In this document: positions 1 to 13,713 of the stretch, one piece after another
How the letters are laid out: each line of letters starts with the position of its first letter
Numbering within the stretch: the stretch's first letter is position 1
Assembly: GCF_030028105.1 (NCBI RefSeq)
Contig: NC_092377.1
Span: 62,402,569-62,466,568, forward strand
Source: Mobula birostris
Lineage: Eukaryota
Length of the DNA stretch: 64,000 bases
Direction: 5' to 3'
Program-made: the position numbers and the translations under genes
The notes under the pieces: model-generated
What the model was told of the DNA's origin: nothing
What the model saw: the letters and a program-made list of their open reading frames with translations, nothing else
Databases searched by the model: none

Positions 1-2142
1 ATTTACGAATGTGTATTTTTATCAATCTGATAGTACTAGATTATCTCCAATACTTGTGATCAATTTAGGAAATGGAGCTCCCTTTAAACACCATTGTTTA
101 TGCAAATATTTCTAAATAGCACTGTCAATAGACCAAAATCAGGCTTCAAATCATTGAGTCACCATGATAAAATAATAAATAAAATACATTTAAGAATTTA
201 GATTCCAGAAGAGTATTTGCCCAGTTGATTTTCTTTAGATAAGTATCTGGAGTTTTTTTTTTTAATTGCTATATGCTGTGTTACAGAGAAACCAACTCCT
301 AGGACTCTTAGGCGCTTGAATTTCCAGCATCTGCAGAATTCCTGTTGTTTCTTAGGACTGAGGTTGGATGGGAATATTGCAGTGCTGGAAGTGTGTCACG
401 TTTGTAATGGAAAAGATTTTAAGTCTGAAACCAAATTCAAGGTAAAAGGTTATTAGGAAGAAACAGCATTTGGTTGAGACAGAAAATGTGGGCTAGGGAA
501 GTAGACAGAGATGTTGCAAGGCAGAGAGAGTTGTGTGAGCTGTTTGCAGGGGGCAATTGGGTCTTTCCAATCTTGAGTTTAAGAATATAATGGCTTATCC
601 AAGATCATAATGAGGGCATGGTTCAGATACACAGCTTGAAAGCACAGGACTGATCATGACAGATAACTTTGAAATATTTATTCATTTTCCAGAATGTGGT
701 CATATGAGCAAGAGCAGCATTTATTGTCCTTGTGGAATGGAACTCAAGAGGTTGGTGTTGAGTTACTTTCCTCTCTGCTGTTAGCTCATCTCCACCAGTA
801 CAGAACAAGGATAGAGTACCCCTGGTCCACAGCTTCCTCATTCAACTCATCATTCTCCATAACTTCAAAGAGATTAATTCCACCACCAAAGGCATCTTCC
901 CTTCCTTGGCGTGATAAGATGTACTCTTGACCTCACAGTCTACCTCGTTATGATCTTGCACCTTATTGTTTACATGCACTGCACTTCATCTCTAACTGCA
1001 TTCACTAATTTCTCTCAGATTTCAAAAAAGTTAATTAAAAATTGCATCCTGGTTTCTCATCAGTGAGAATTTCTTAATTCTATTGACTACTCAGCCAACT
1101 CAATGAATACACACATCTACTAGGAACCAGAATGTTACTAAATTAACATCTGACAACAGAAGACACAATCAATTTTAAATCCTTGTTGGGAGCCCTTTCC
1201 AAAATCACTTGAGAGCTGAATTCTTTGCAGATTCCAATTCTGTGCTACTATAGTTTGTGCAGAATTATTTCACTCAACCATACTTGAGATTGCGAGTGCA
1301 GAATTTCCTAAAGATTTTGATTGAGGAGCACAAAGTTTGACAGAGTGATGGAGGCCAGTTATTTTCCACTTCTGGGTAACCAGGGCCCATCAGTATGAAT
1401 ATGCCACTTATCACACCAGTTGTCCTTACAAATTTACCTGTTTAGCTAAGGTTGGTACTAATGCAGGCTACAGGAAGGGAACTGCACTGAATTATATACT
1501 TCAGCTTGAACCAGATAACCTTTCATAACTTACCCATGTAAAACAGTCTTTTAAACCCTGATAAATTTACTCATTCCGTGTTGTTAATACTGAGAACGTG
1601 GGAATGCCATGTTACCTACTAAAACCATTATGGCACTAAATGGTTATTACAATTTTTTTCAGCCTGCAATTAACATCCTTGCTATCAAATCAAACTCAAG
1701 CAGAGTTTGGGACCTTTATTTTTAGCTATAATTATTCAGGAAGGAGTAAAACTTCATGAATAATTAATCATTATAAAATCTGCAAAAGAAACCACTAAGA
1801 TCTGCTGAAATGATCAATCAAATCTAAAAAACATCTATAATCCAAATCTACAGTAACATTTAACTAAGTAATCAGGGCATAATATTAATTGGTATATTTT
1901 AATGTAGAAAACCAATAGTCATCCATCATCTAATACTCTGAAAATTATAATAAGCCCACTAATGACAGAAAATTAGACAAAAGCAAATCAGACACTGAAT
2001 TAATGCATGAACTTGATGTTATGAAAATTTTAAATTGCTTGCTAATTGGGATAATTTATGACTTAATTAATAATGTAAAACCTGAAATATAATTATCAGC
2101 ATCTTACATTTATACAGTTCATGCCTTAATCCTTCAACAATT

Positions 2143-3685
2143 TCTCTTTCAGCTTCTCCCATTTTCTCCAAACCCAAGGGCATCTGCATGGGCCCCAGCT
2201 AAGCCTGCCTTTTTGCCGGCTATGTGAACAGTCTATGTTCCAAGCCTACATTGGGAGTGCCCCCCAACCCTTTTTGTACTACATCGACTACTGCATTGGT
2301 GCTGCTTCCTGCATCCATGCTGCACTCGTGAATTTCATCCTTTGCTTCCAACTTCCAAATTGCCCTCAAATTTACTTGATTTATCTTGGACACCTCTCGC
2401 TCCTTTCTCAATCTCTGGAGACAGGTAGTCTACTGCTATTTTTATGTACCTATTGACTCTCACAGCTATCTTGACTATCCTGTACCTCTGTCACTTGTAA
2501 AAATGCTATTCCCTTTTATCAGTTCCTCTGTCTCCACTGCATCTGCTCTCAGGATGCGGTGTTCTGTTCAAGAACAGCTGAGATGTCCTCCTTCCTCAAA
2601 CAGCAGGGTTTCCCTTCCTCTACAATTGATGCTGCCCTCACCCCATCTGCTCAATTACCCTAACACTTGCCCTCACCCTATCTTCCTGCCACCATAAAGG
2701 GGTAGAGTTGCCCTTGTCCTCACCTACCACCCACGGGCTTCCACACCCAGCACATCACTCTCCGTAATTTCTGCCATCTACAACAGGATTCTACCACGCA
2801 TTGGGGTTTCCCTCATCCCTCTCTCTGCTTTCATAGGGATTGCCCTCTATGTAGCTCCCTGTCGACTCTCTCTCCCCACTGAACTCCCTCCTGGCCCTTC
2901 CACATGTAATTGAGACAAGCGCTACAACCATCCCTACACCTCCTCCCTCACCATCATTCAGGCTCTCAAACAGACACTTCAGCTGTGTCTTCTACTGTAT
3001 CTGATGTTCCTGCTACGGCCTCCTCTACATCGGTGAGACCAATATAGATTGGGGGACTGCTTCATTGAGCACCTTTGCTCTGTACACCACAAAAGGTGTG
3101 TTTTCTTGGTGGTCATCCATTTTAATTTTACTTCCCACTGATCCTCTACCGTCACGATGAGGCCGCTCTCAGTTTGAAGGAACAACACTTCATATTCCAT
3201 CTGGGTAGCCACCCGACGCCATGAACATAATTTTTTTTCTAACCTGATAGTTTCTCCCCCTCTCCTTTCTCTTTTTCCTTCCCCATTCTGCTCCCCTCTT
3301 ACCCCTGTCCTTTTCCTCATTTGCCCATCACCTCCCTCTGGTGACCTCCTCCTCCTCTTTCTCCCACGGTCTACTTTCCTCTCCTATCAGCTTCCTTTTT
3401 CTTCAGTGCTTTACCTCTTCCACCTATCACCTCCCAGCTTCTCACTCCATCGCCCCTCCTCCACCCCAACCACCTTCTCTCTCACCTATCACTCGCCACT
3501 TTCCCTCCCTCCACTTTCTTACTCTGGCTTCTTCCCCCCTTCCTTTCCAGTACTGATGAAGGGTCTCAGCCTGAAGCATCAAATATACATTCCTTTCCAT
3601 AGCTGCTGCCTGATTTGCTGAGTTCCTCCAGCATTTTGTGTGCTTTGCGATGCACTTCCAGCATCTGCAGAATCTCTTGTGTTCA
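2143..3685 (+). mobile_element. Degenerate Penelope-like element (RT, GIY-YIG and pLTR tail)
   Basis: MGPS.ACLF, FLYYIDYCIG RT motifs; GLLYIGET...EHL GIY-YIG remnant; CT-rich region; CTGATGAAGGGTCTC tail. Confidence 0.9.
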
Positions 3686-3733
3686 TGCATTAATTTGTGT
3701 AAGAAAGTTGGTAAAAAAAAAGTAAATATTTAC

Positions 3734-3985
3734 CTTTTTCACAAAATCTTTTTCACAAAGGTCCTGTAGAACACCCAGACATACCGTGCAGGTTCGAACA
3801 CCAACATCAGGATCCAAAAGTTCATTTGATGACAGTTTTGTAGCTCCATTTTTGTCAGAATCCATATCATTATTTTCACAATCCTCCAATCTGATTTTCT
3901 TACAAAGTGGTTGATCATTTTCTATTCGTTCAGACTTGCATTCATCATCATCATTCAAGAATTTGCGGAGTTCAGTGAACAATTC
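3734..3985 (-). CDS. PUS10: PUS10 coding exon 2 (tRNA pseudouridine synthase 10); the gene continues beyond the left window edge
   Basis: AG/GT-flanked 252-nt phase-0 exon ELFTELRKFL...KKIRL...CTVCLGVLQDLCEKDFVKK; matches recalled human PUS10 ELLNELQKFL...CNVCLGILQEFCEKDFIKK. Confidence 0.95.
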
Positions 3986-4169
3986 CTGAAACACAATCAT
4001 GTGTTTAAGAAGTTATTGTCCATTGCTGACTACATGTGGAATTTGGCAAAAAGACACCATTTATCTCTATTTTTACACTGTTATAATATGATTTTCACCA
4101 CTGGAGATGTTTACAATAGTAAAGATCAAATACGTTCAAAGGCACAATAGTGTTTTATTTTTGAGTCAA

Positions 4170-4322
4170 TGACACTTTGGACTGTGGTGGAGAAGGCAGG
4201 AGCCCACAGAGAAAACACACATATTCGTGGGGAGGGCGTAGAGATTTCTTACCGATCACATCGGAATTGAACTCCCCTGAGCTGCAACAGCATTGCACGA
4301 ACTGCTGCACTGCCAGGGCGCC
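4170..4322 (-). mobile_element. tRNA-derived HE1/V-SINE-like fragment
   Basis: Similar to the 50280-50544 SINE (ggactgtgg..gga..gaaaac..cac...ggaattgaac). Confidence 0.55.
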
Positions 4323-5566
4323 CCATTATCTGAAGGTGGGGTTAGAAAATCCTGGGGAGGCTTGAGCTTAAGTATAACAAGCAAGAACATTGTACGGATT
4401 AGGAATCCTCTCAACCCAGAACATGGTTGTACAAATCCCATAAGATAAATACTGAACAAGATCAAGGATTTATGAGTTGGGCTGAAGGTAATTAACTAGA
4501 TTACTAATGAACTTGCTTCCACATGTGCAAGCCAAGTCTTTATGTATATTTAAGGCAGAGGTTGATAGATTCTTGACTGGTCCTGTCATGAAGGGATACG
4601 GGGGAAGGCAAGAAATATCGAGGCTGAGAGGAAAAATGGATCAGCCATGACGAAATGGAGCACACTCGATGGGTGGAAAGGCCTAATTCTGCTCCATATC
4701 TTATGATCTTATTACAGAGTTGCACACAAGCCTGATTTGTTTTCTATTGAGCCCTGTTCCACACAATCGTGAGACGTTGAGCCAATGCAACTGTTGTGTG
4801 AATGGAGGATGAAGAGGAAATATAAAAAATATAATTTCCACTGGATACTTCTGCTTGCCTTATTCCAAGGTCAACAGCAACAAATCTACCAAAAGGCTAA
4901 ATAGGCTTTCCATTTGTTCAGAGGAACAGTGAAACCGTAGTAAGGGAGGAAGGGATGATATCAGCAACGACCTGAATATCATGTGTACGAAGATGAATCC
5001 AATATTGTGAAGGAAGACAGGAGTCAACAATTAATATATCTCTTTTGAAATGTCCACACCTCAGCCAGCACATGCACTGCCACAAAGACACAGCTCTGAC
5101 TGTCTAGGTGGCTATCTCCAAATTGCCATGAGAAAGTTTCTGCCGATGAACATTTCTAGTCCAAGTTACTGCAGTTATTACTACAGCTCAAACTGTACAA
5201 TAAAATGAACGATCAATAAAGACACAAACTATATTTGAATAAACCAAGGTTATGCCACTAATCCACTTAAATTTTTAATCCAAGGTCAATTTTAACATGC
5301 AAGTAAATCAACCCAGGCAGCTATATAACTGGCCAATTCATATGATGAGTAACAATGAATAATGAGGTCTGATACAACGCTTTACCACTTTTAAAGAATA
5401 AAAATCTTAGAATTATAATGGCAACTCTACAACAGAACATCAAAAGCACTTTAAGTCCAGTGAGGCACCTCTGAAGTGTTATTGCTGCTGTGATGTAATC
5501 ACTTTTGCACATAAACTCTCAGTAAGAACCAGATAATCTGTGCCATGAGTGTTGCTGGAGGGATAT

Positions 5567-6085
5567 GCATTCTGGCCACTTTATTAGGTACAGGATGTAC
5601 AGGACCTCATATGCTTCTGGTCTTTTGCTGCTGCAGTCTGTCCACTTCTAGGTTCGATGTGTTGTGTGTTCAGAGACTTGTGGTTATTTGAGTCACTGTC
5701 AGCTTCCTTTCAGCTTGAACCAGTCTGGCCAATATCCTCTGACCTCTCTCATTTATGAGGCGTTTTCTCCCACAGCACTGCAGCTCACTGGATTTTTTTT
5801 TTTGTTTCTCACACCATTCACTAAAACTGCTGTGCGTTAAAATCCCCAGAGATCAGCAGTTTCTGAGATACTCAAACCACTTCATCTGACACCAACAATC
5901 ATTCCATGTTCAAAGTCACTTTGATCACATTTCTTCCCGATTCTGATACATTGTCTGCACAACTGAACCTCTTGACCTTGTCTGCATGCTTTTATGCATT
6001 GAGTTGCTCCCACATGACTGGCTGATTAAATGTTTGCATTAACGAACAGGTGCACAGGTGTACCTAATAAAGTGGCCACTGAGTG
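5567..6085. mobile_element. Non-autonomous Tc1/mariner-type DNA transposon (MITE)
   Basis: 20-bp perfect inverted repeats TGGCCACTTTATTAGGTACA at 5573-5592 and 6059-6078. Confidence 0.85.
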
Positions 6086-6111
6086 CATTTTGGCTAGAAC
6101 ATCAGCAATAG

Positions 6112-6229
6112 ACAATCAACACTGGTGCACCTCAAGGATTTGTGTTCAGTCCACTGCACTATTCGATCTACACCCACGATTGTGTAGCCAGCCACTAACG
6201 CCATCTATAAATTTGCTGATGAAACAACC
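6112..6229 (+). mobile_element. Rex1/Babar-like LINE RT, 5' piece
   Basis: NTGAPQG.V.SPL.YSIYTHDCVA...IYKFADETT. Confidence 0.8.
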
Positions 6230-6339
6230 GAGGAGGCCCTCCATTGGTTCAGGTCGACCACGGATGTTGTGTCCTAGCTGTCTACGTGATACCCAGCCAG
6301 AGCAGCATGATCTGAAGAGCAGCTGTTGCCCATGCAGCA

Positions 6340-9300
6340 AGCTTCTCCTGTCCTCTGCTCTTACACTCTCCCACCATAGAAAACATCCTCTCTACATCCA
6401 CTCTATCAAAGCCTTTCACCATTCCATCGGTTTCAATGAGGTCACCCCTCATTCTTCTGAATTCTAGTGAATACAGGCCCAGAGCCAATAAATGTTCTTC
6501 ACATGACAAGCCATTCAATCCTGGAGTCAATTTGGTAAACCTTCTTCAAACCCTCTCCAGTTTCAGCACATCCTTTCTTAGATAAAGTGCACAAACCTGC
6601 TCACAATACACCAATGCTTTATAAAGTTTCAATATTACTTTCTCTTACATTCTAGTCTTCTTGAAAAGAATACTAACACTGCATTTGCCTTCCTCACCAC
6701 AGACTCAACCTGCAAATTAATCTTTAGGGAATCCTGCACAAGGACTCCCAAGTCCCTTTCCATTTTAGTTTTTAGAAAATAGTTAACCCTTTCAATTCTT
6801 CTACCAAAACGCATAATCATACACTTCCCATTTCTGTATTCCATCCGCCATTTCTCTGCCCAATTCTCCTAATCTGTCTAAGTCCTTCTGTAGCCTCTCT
6901 ACTTTTTCAAAGCTACCTGCCCCTCCACCTGTCTTCATATCATCTGCAAACTTTGCAACAAGGCCCTCAATTCCATCATCCAAACCATTGACATATAACG
7001 TAAAACAAATCGGTCTCAACACAGATCCCTGTGGAACACCACTAGTCACTGGCAGCCAGTCAAAAAAGGCTCCCCTTATTCTCGCTCTTTGCCTGCTGCC
7101 AATCAGCCACAGTTTATCCATGTTAGAATCTTTCCTGTAATACCATGGGCTCATAGCTTGTTAAGTAACCTCATGTGTGGCACCTTCTCAAAGGTTTTCT
7201 GAAAAGTTCATTGTCCCCCATTACTACCTCTCCAGCAAATTTTCCTGCGGTCCGATATCCACTCTTGCCTCTCCTTTACACTTTATGTATCAGAAGAAAC
7301 TTTTGGTATCCTCTTTAATATTATTGGCTAGCTAGCTTACTTTCATATTCCATCTTTACGTTCTTAATGACTTTTTTAGTTGCTTTCTGTTGGTTTCTAA
7401 AAGCTTCCCAATCCTCTAACTTCCCATGAATCTTTACTCTACTATATGCCCTCTTTTTGGCTTTCATGTTGGCTTTGACTTCTCTTGTTAGCCATGGTTG
7501 TGTCACCTTTCTTTTTGAATAATTCTTCTTTGGGATGTATATATCCTGTGCCTTCTGAATTGCTTCCAGAAATTCCAGCAATTGCTGCTCTGCCACCATC
7601 CCAGCCAGTGTTCCTTTTCCAGTCAATTCTGGCCAACTCCTCTCTCATGCCTCTGTAATTCTCTTTACTCCACTGTAATACTGATACATCTGACTTTAGC
7701 TTTTCCTTCTCAAATTTCAGGGTGAATTCGATCATATTGTGATTACTTACCCTTAGGGTTCTTTTACCTTAAGCTCTCTGATCAATTCTGGTTCACTGCA
7801 CAACACCCAATCCAGAACAGCTGATCCTCCAGTGGGCTCAACCACAAGCTGCTCTAAAACAGCCATCTCGTAGGCACTCCAGAACATCCCCCTCCTATAA
7901 TCCAGCACCAACCTGATTTTCCCGATCAACCTGCATATTGAAGTCCCCCATGACTATTGTAACATTGCCCTCTTGGCATACAGTTTCTTTCACCCATTGT
8001 AATTTGTAGGCCACATCCTTACGACTGTTTGGGGGTCTGTATACAACTCCCATCAGGGTTTTTTTACCCTTGCAGTTCCTTAGCTCTCTCCGTAATGATT
8101 CAACACCTTCCAACTCCATGTCACTTCTTTCTAATGATTTGATTTCAGTTTTTACCAACAGAGCAACGCCGCCCACTCTGCCTTCCTGCCTATCCTTTCG
8201 ATACGACGTATATCCATGGACCTTAAGCTCCCAGCATTAATCTTTCAGCCATGATTCTGTGATGGCTGCAACATCATACCTACCAATCTGCAATTGTACT
8301 GCAAGTTCGTCTACCTTATTCCGTATACTGTGCGCATTCAGCTACAACACCTTCAGTCCTGTATTCACCTTTTTCGATTTTGTTGCACCATGCTCAACCT
8401 TTTGATTCCTAACTTTGAGGTCTTACCAATTTCTGCATCCACAACCTGTCCACCAACTTTTCTGGCACTCTGGTTCCCATGCCCCTGCAACTCTAGTTTA
8501 GACCCCACCGTACAGCATTAACAAACCTTCCTGCTAGGATATTTGTCCCTCTCCAGTTCAGGTGCAAACCATCCCTTCTGTACAGGTCCCTGTACTACCT
8601 TCACTGGAAGAGAGCCCAATGATCGAAAAATCTTATGTCCTCCCTCCTACACCAACTCCTTAGCTGCCTATTAAACTGTATAATCTTCCTCGTTCTGGCC
8701 TCACTAGCACGTGGCACGGTCAGCAAACCTGAGATCAAAACCCTGGAGGTCCAGCCCTTTAACTTAGCACCGAACGCCCTGAACTCCCCATGCAGAACCT
8801 CATCACTCATCTTACCCGTGTCATTGGTACCCATATGGACCACAACTTCTGGCTGTTCACCCTCCCACTTAAGAATGCTGAGGGCTCGATCTGAGATACC
8901 CCAGATCCTGGTACCCGGGAGGCAACATACCATCCAGGATTCTCATCCTTGCCAACAGAACCTCCTGTCTGTTCCCCTAACTAACACCATGTGCCTTTTC
9001 TTCCCACTTCCCAACTGAATCACAGAGCCAGACTCGGACTTTCCTCTGGCAGGTCACTCCCCCTGACAGTATTCAAAGTGATATACCTGTTGCTGAGGGG
9101 GATGCACGGTCTCCTTAACCCCTTTCCCCTTCTTGACTGTCACCCTGCCTCCTGTGTCTTGCATCTTGGGTGTAACTACCTACTCTATATCACCTGCCTC
9201 ATCCTCCTGAATGACCCAGAGTTCATCCATTTCCAGCTCCAACTGCTTAACACGGTTTGTTAGAAGCTGCAGCTGGATGCACTTCTCACAGTTGTAATCG

Positions 9301-9590
9301 TCAGGGATACTGGAGGTCTCCCTGCCTTCCCACAACCATGACAGGCATTGCGCTATCCTGCCTGTCAGCTCTACCTAGCTTTAATTGCTCTACCTGCCTT
9401 CCTTTAATTTGGTTTTACTAAATAATCCCAAATGCTGACTGGCTACTGGTCAAAGCTCTATTATGCTGCCCTTTATCTTTGGGCAGTGGACTTAATTGAA
9501 GTCACCTCCTCTCCAAACTTCCAATGTCTGGATTGGCTGCTAGTCGAAGCTCTATGCCCAATACCTCCACAGCTTTGACAACCTAAAGGA
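6340..9590 (-). mobile_element. CR1 LINE with ORF1 (Zn finger and SGNH esterase) and internally deleted ORF2 (APE and RT)
   Basis: VCCLPGTRI...VVVHMGTND esterase; GVVYRPPNS, MGDFN endonuclease; SGVPQGSVL, KFADD RT; frameshifted. Confidence 0.92.
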
Positions 9591-9593
9591 AAA

Positions 9594-10425
9594 TGACAAA
9601 ACTATTGTTGGTAGATTTTCAGATGGTGATGAGGAGGCATACAGGAGTGAAACAGATGAGCTGTTTGAGTGCTGTCATAACAATCTTGCACTCAAAGTCA
9701 GTTTGACTAAGGAATTGATTGCAGACGTGAGGAAGGGGAAGTTGAGGAAACACACACCAGTCCTCACCGAGAGATCAGCAGCGGAAAGGGTGAGCAGTTT
9801 CAAGTTCCTGAGTGTCGACATCTCTGAGGATCGACACTGGGCTCAACGTACTGATGCAACTACAAAGGACTGATATCAGCAGTTACATTTCATCATTTGA
9901 GGAGACTCGGCATGGCACCAAATACTCTCACAAATTTCGACATGTACTGTAGAGAGCATTCTAACGGATTGCATCACTGTCTGGAATGGAGGGGTGACTG
10001 CACAGGATTAGAAAAAACTGCAGGAAGTTGTAAACTCAACCAGCTCCATCGTGGGCACCAGCCTCCCCAGCACCGAGGACACCTTCAAAAGAGGACCATC
10101 CATAATGAAGGGCCCCCATCACCAAGGACATGCCCTTTTACTGCTACCCTCAAGGAGCAGGTACAGGAGCCTGAAGGCACACACTCAATGCTTTAGGAAC
10201 AGCTTCTTCCCATCTGCCATCAGATTTCTGAATGGACAATGAACCCATGTACACTACCTCTCTCTCTCTATATATATTTTTTGCTCTTTTTTTGCACTAC
10301 TTATTAATTTTGTTTGAATATATTTCTTATTGTAATTTATAGTTTTTTATTATGTAGTGCAGTGCACTGCTACCACATAACAACAAATTTCATGACATAT
10401 GCCAGTGATATTAAACCTGATTCTG
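9594..10425 (+). mobile_element. Rex1/Babar-like LINE, 3' piece (continues 6112-6229)
   Basis: TIVGRFSDGDEEAYRSE...KELI; LLPSRSRYRSL...FRNSFFPSAIRFLN; tail aaacctgattctga. Confidence 0.85.
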
Positions 10426-11798
10426 AGATCCCGTGTTCTGCTTTAAAGCAGTGGCTCAGATCCCTTATGTCCACACTTGCAATTAAAAATGGAAGCAAGG
10501 ACAAGAACTGGCAAGATAATGGGAGGGTATAGCATCATCTCAAGGATTAAGTTTACTTATCATGTGTACATTGAAATTTACAGTGAAATGCTTTATTTGC
10601 ATGCTGGGGGGCGGGGGCAGCCCACAACTGTTGCTACATATTCCGGAACCAACATAGCACACTCACAATACTCAGCACACTAAAAATCTCTGATGGCCTA
10701 CTGATCAGTCTGACCTCGCCACCTTCTACTTTTATACATCCAGTCACATCCAAAGATTCCCTTCCTTTTCCAGAACTTATTCCACACTTGGCTCTCTGTT
10801 CTCCATGGAGTCCTTTGATGCCATTGATGGAAAATATGCCAAGTTTCACGCGCACTGACAAAATACAGCTTCAGTTTACCACCACTTCTCCTTGTTCCCC
10901 GACTGCCTCAGACTTTCCATGCTGCTTCTCTGGCATCCAGTATCAGACAAGCTGACACTTCCTCTAATTATACACGAGGTCGTGTTCTTCAGTTCCTGAC
11001 CAAAACTTGTACTGGTACAGTCTCCGGTTCATGTGTCTGTTTACCAACCTTGGTGTTGAATCTAACTCTGTACTGTACTTCCAATCTCATAAGCACTTCA
11101 CCGTGTTGACCCTCCATTTCCACCTTTGTGATATTTGCCTTTATCCACCCTACGACAGTTTCTCTGATGTCGCACATTCAACTATGCCTTTAGGAGTCCA
11201 AATCCTCCATTAACTCAAACTCATCCTAAGCACCAATGCCTTGAACACAAATCACATTGCCCACTCATTCATCCTCACTGACTTGCATTGTGTCCTGCTC
11301 CAGCAAGGGCTTAGTTTTAAATTCCTTATCCTCGTGTTCCAATCACATTCCATAGCCCATCACTTCATACTCATTCCTCACTCCAATTCCATAACACCAT
11401 GAGTGACACCAATTTCTGATCTGCAGCATGCATCCTATTTAATAAAATAATTGTTTCACCATGGCCACCACCATTAGAGTGCTCTCGATTTCCTCTTCTA
11501 AACTTCCAACATTGCCATCTCTCTCTTCTTTTATGAAGTGTCTTCAAACTGCCTCTCTCCATGGTCCAAATTTTGAGAGAGAGCATTTGAATCAGGACAC
11601 AATAAAGACAGCACACTGAGAAGCAACAATTGACTTTGGACTCGAGCTGCCGACATTGTATTTCAATAATAAGTGATGTCGGCCCTGAGGCTACAGTGCG
11701 GCACTGGTACAACAGAAGCATCAAAGTACCAAACAGCCTCCTGTAGCTGTGAATATTACACAAGTTACCAAAGAAGTGAACAAGAAAATGGTATCATA

Positions 11799-12428
11799 CT
11801 TGCGGGAGGAGAAGATGGCAGTGCGCCGCGTGTGCGCAGCCCTCCGGTGAAAAATAATATTGTATCTGTTAAATAGGGGCCGTGGACAATTCTGATTTGA
11901 TGGAGAATGGACGTGAAAGCACAGAGGAACATCTGGAGAAATTTCTGAAACACCCGTTCGCTGCTGTCGTTACTGCGCAGTCGGGAATCTTTCGGAGGGA
12001 AGGCCTCAAAATCCCCGGCCTTGCCTGCTTTTGGCAACCGAGAAGGAGGTCGACTCGTTCGGACAGAGATGGCACTCAGTACTTGGTGTCGGAGAGCTGA
12101 TCAGAGCTCGAAGTTTTCGGATGACTCAGAGTTGGATTGTGGTCGGCATGGCAGGGACAGTTCTTCTTCCTTCTCCCGTCTGCATGAGATGTGGCACATT
12201 TGAGAGACTTTGAACTTTACTGTGCTCACGGACTTCTTCATCAAGTTATGGTATTGTTGCACTGTTGTAACTATATGTTATAATTATGTGGTTTTGTCAG
12301 TTTTTTCAGTCTTGGTGTGTCCTGTGTTTTGTGATATCACACCGGAGGAAATATTGTATCATTTCTTAATGCATGCATTACTAAATGACAATAAAAGAGG
12401 ACTACGTGTCTTCATAATCTAATCTAAT
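11799..12428 (+). mobile_element. Young non-autonomous retroposon with (AATCT)n tail
   Basis: CpG-rich 5' end with AAGATGGC, AATAAA near 12390, tandem aatct tail; no coding potential. Confidence 0.6.
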
Positions 12429-13150
12429 AATGCAAAGTCTGCTAAGTGGGGCAGAGAGGACGGTGAAGGCAGAAGTTGGAAAGTGATTAGTGGAGACACA
12501 AGGCTGCAGATGCAGAAATCCGGAAAGCAAGGAAAGTGGAGCCAGATAAGGAAAGGATGATAGGTTGATGGAAGCAGGAGGAGAGGGGAACAAAACTATC
12601 TAATGTGGTGGTGGTGGTGATAGTGGGGAGGGGGGACAGTGATGTGGTGTGGTGTGGTGTGGTGTGGGATTAAAGGCTGGTGAGAAAACCTGGGTGGATC
12701 AGGAGGGAGAAAGGAATACAGGTGAACTGGGTTGTCTGAAATTGCTAAACTACATGTTCATACCATTGGCCACGGACTACCAAATGGACCATGAGGCATT
12801 GTTCTAGCATTTTGTGTTTTGCTTTATCCCGGCTGTGAAGAAGGCCAAGGACAGACAGTTCAGTGTGGAAATGGGAAGGGGAAGTTTAATGGACATTGAA
12901 CCATGTACATGTATACAGATAAACGAAACAGCACTCCTCCAGGACCACGGTGCAAAACACAGTACATACAGTAACACACAGCACACAACACATATAGCTA
13001 AGACAGCATTGTCACACAAAAAAAATCAGCACGAGTGGCATAGCCTGAAGATTGGTGATGCATGGGATGTTGTCCTAGGGCCACGTTTCTGCAAGAATAA
13101 GCATGCAGTAGTTCCTGGGTCAGCAGCAGATGAAGATAATCCCACGTCTT

Positions 13151-13713
13151 TATTGGAAAGTGCAAACACATGCATCGTATTTTCTATGTATTACAGTATT
13201 TACTCAACAGCACACATTGTATTTTCTATATTTACTATGTAACCACTGCTAGCTGAATAGAGGGTATTCACTATGTAGCCATGACTTTTGACCTGATCAC
13301 TATTAATTCATGAAGAGAACTAGAATGAAACCAAGTAGAAAGATAACGGTGGTGAGTAAGGTGATGAAATATGTGGCAGTATGTCAACACAAGACTAATT
13401 AAGAAGTAACTGTGGTTAGGGATGAGAGGACACCTGGTCTAAAATGTAAACTAGGGCATAATTAAGTCAGGGAGTAAAACAATAGTGGAAAGTCGAGAGC
13501 GGATATATTGATGATATGTAATCACAGGCCGACTGGATATGATAATGTAGCTAAGATAGGAAATTGCTATAAAAATGCTGTATACAAGTCTCGATGGGCA
13601 GTCAGCTACTAGCTTTCTGATTGTCTCAGCTTTGATTTGCAAATTAAAGTTTAAAACATCTTGATGAGTTTCTGCGTCTCCTTGTCGTTTGTGAGAAACG
13701 AGAAACCACAACA
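13151..13713 (+). mobile_element. Solo LTR (4-bp TSD, Gypsy- or ERV1-like)
   Basis: TATTG...CAACA termini; TCTT duplicated at 13147-13150 and 13714-13717; TATAAAA 13568; ATTAAA 13643. Confidence 0.7.

Noticed and set aside
790-930. C-terminal part of ORF 694-930, and an open minus-strand frame there
   Set aside because: Matches a degenerate Penelope segment (NKDRVPLV), not an exon
1-3733. Next PUS10 exon (VCQKV...LSVRE equivalent)
   Set aside because: I found no matching minus-strand exon; presumably left of the window
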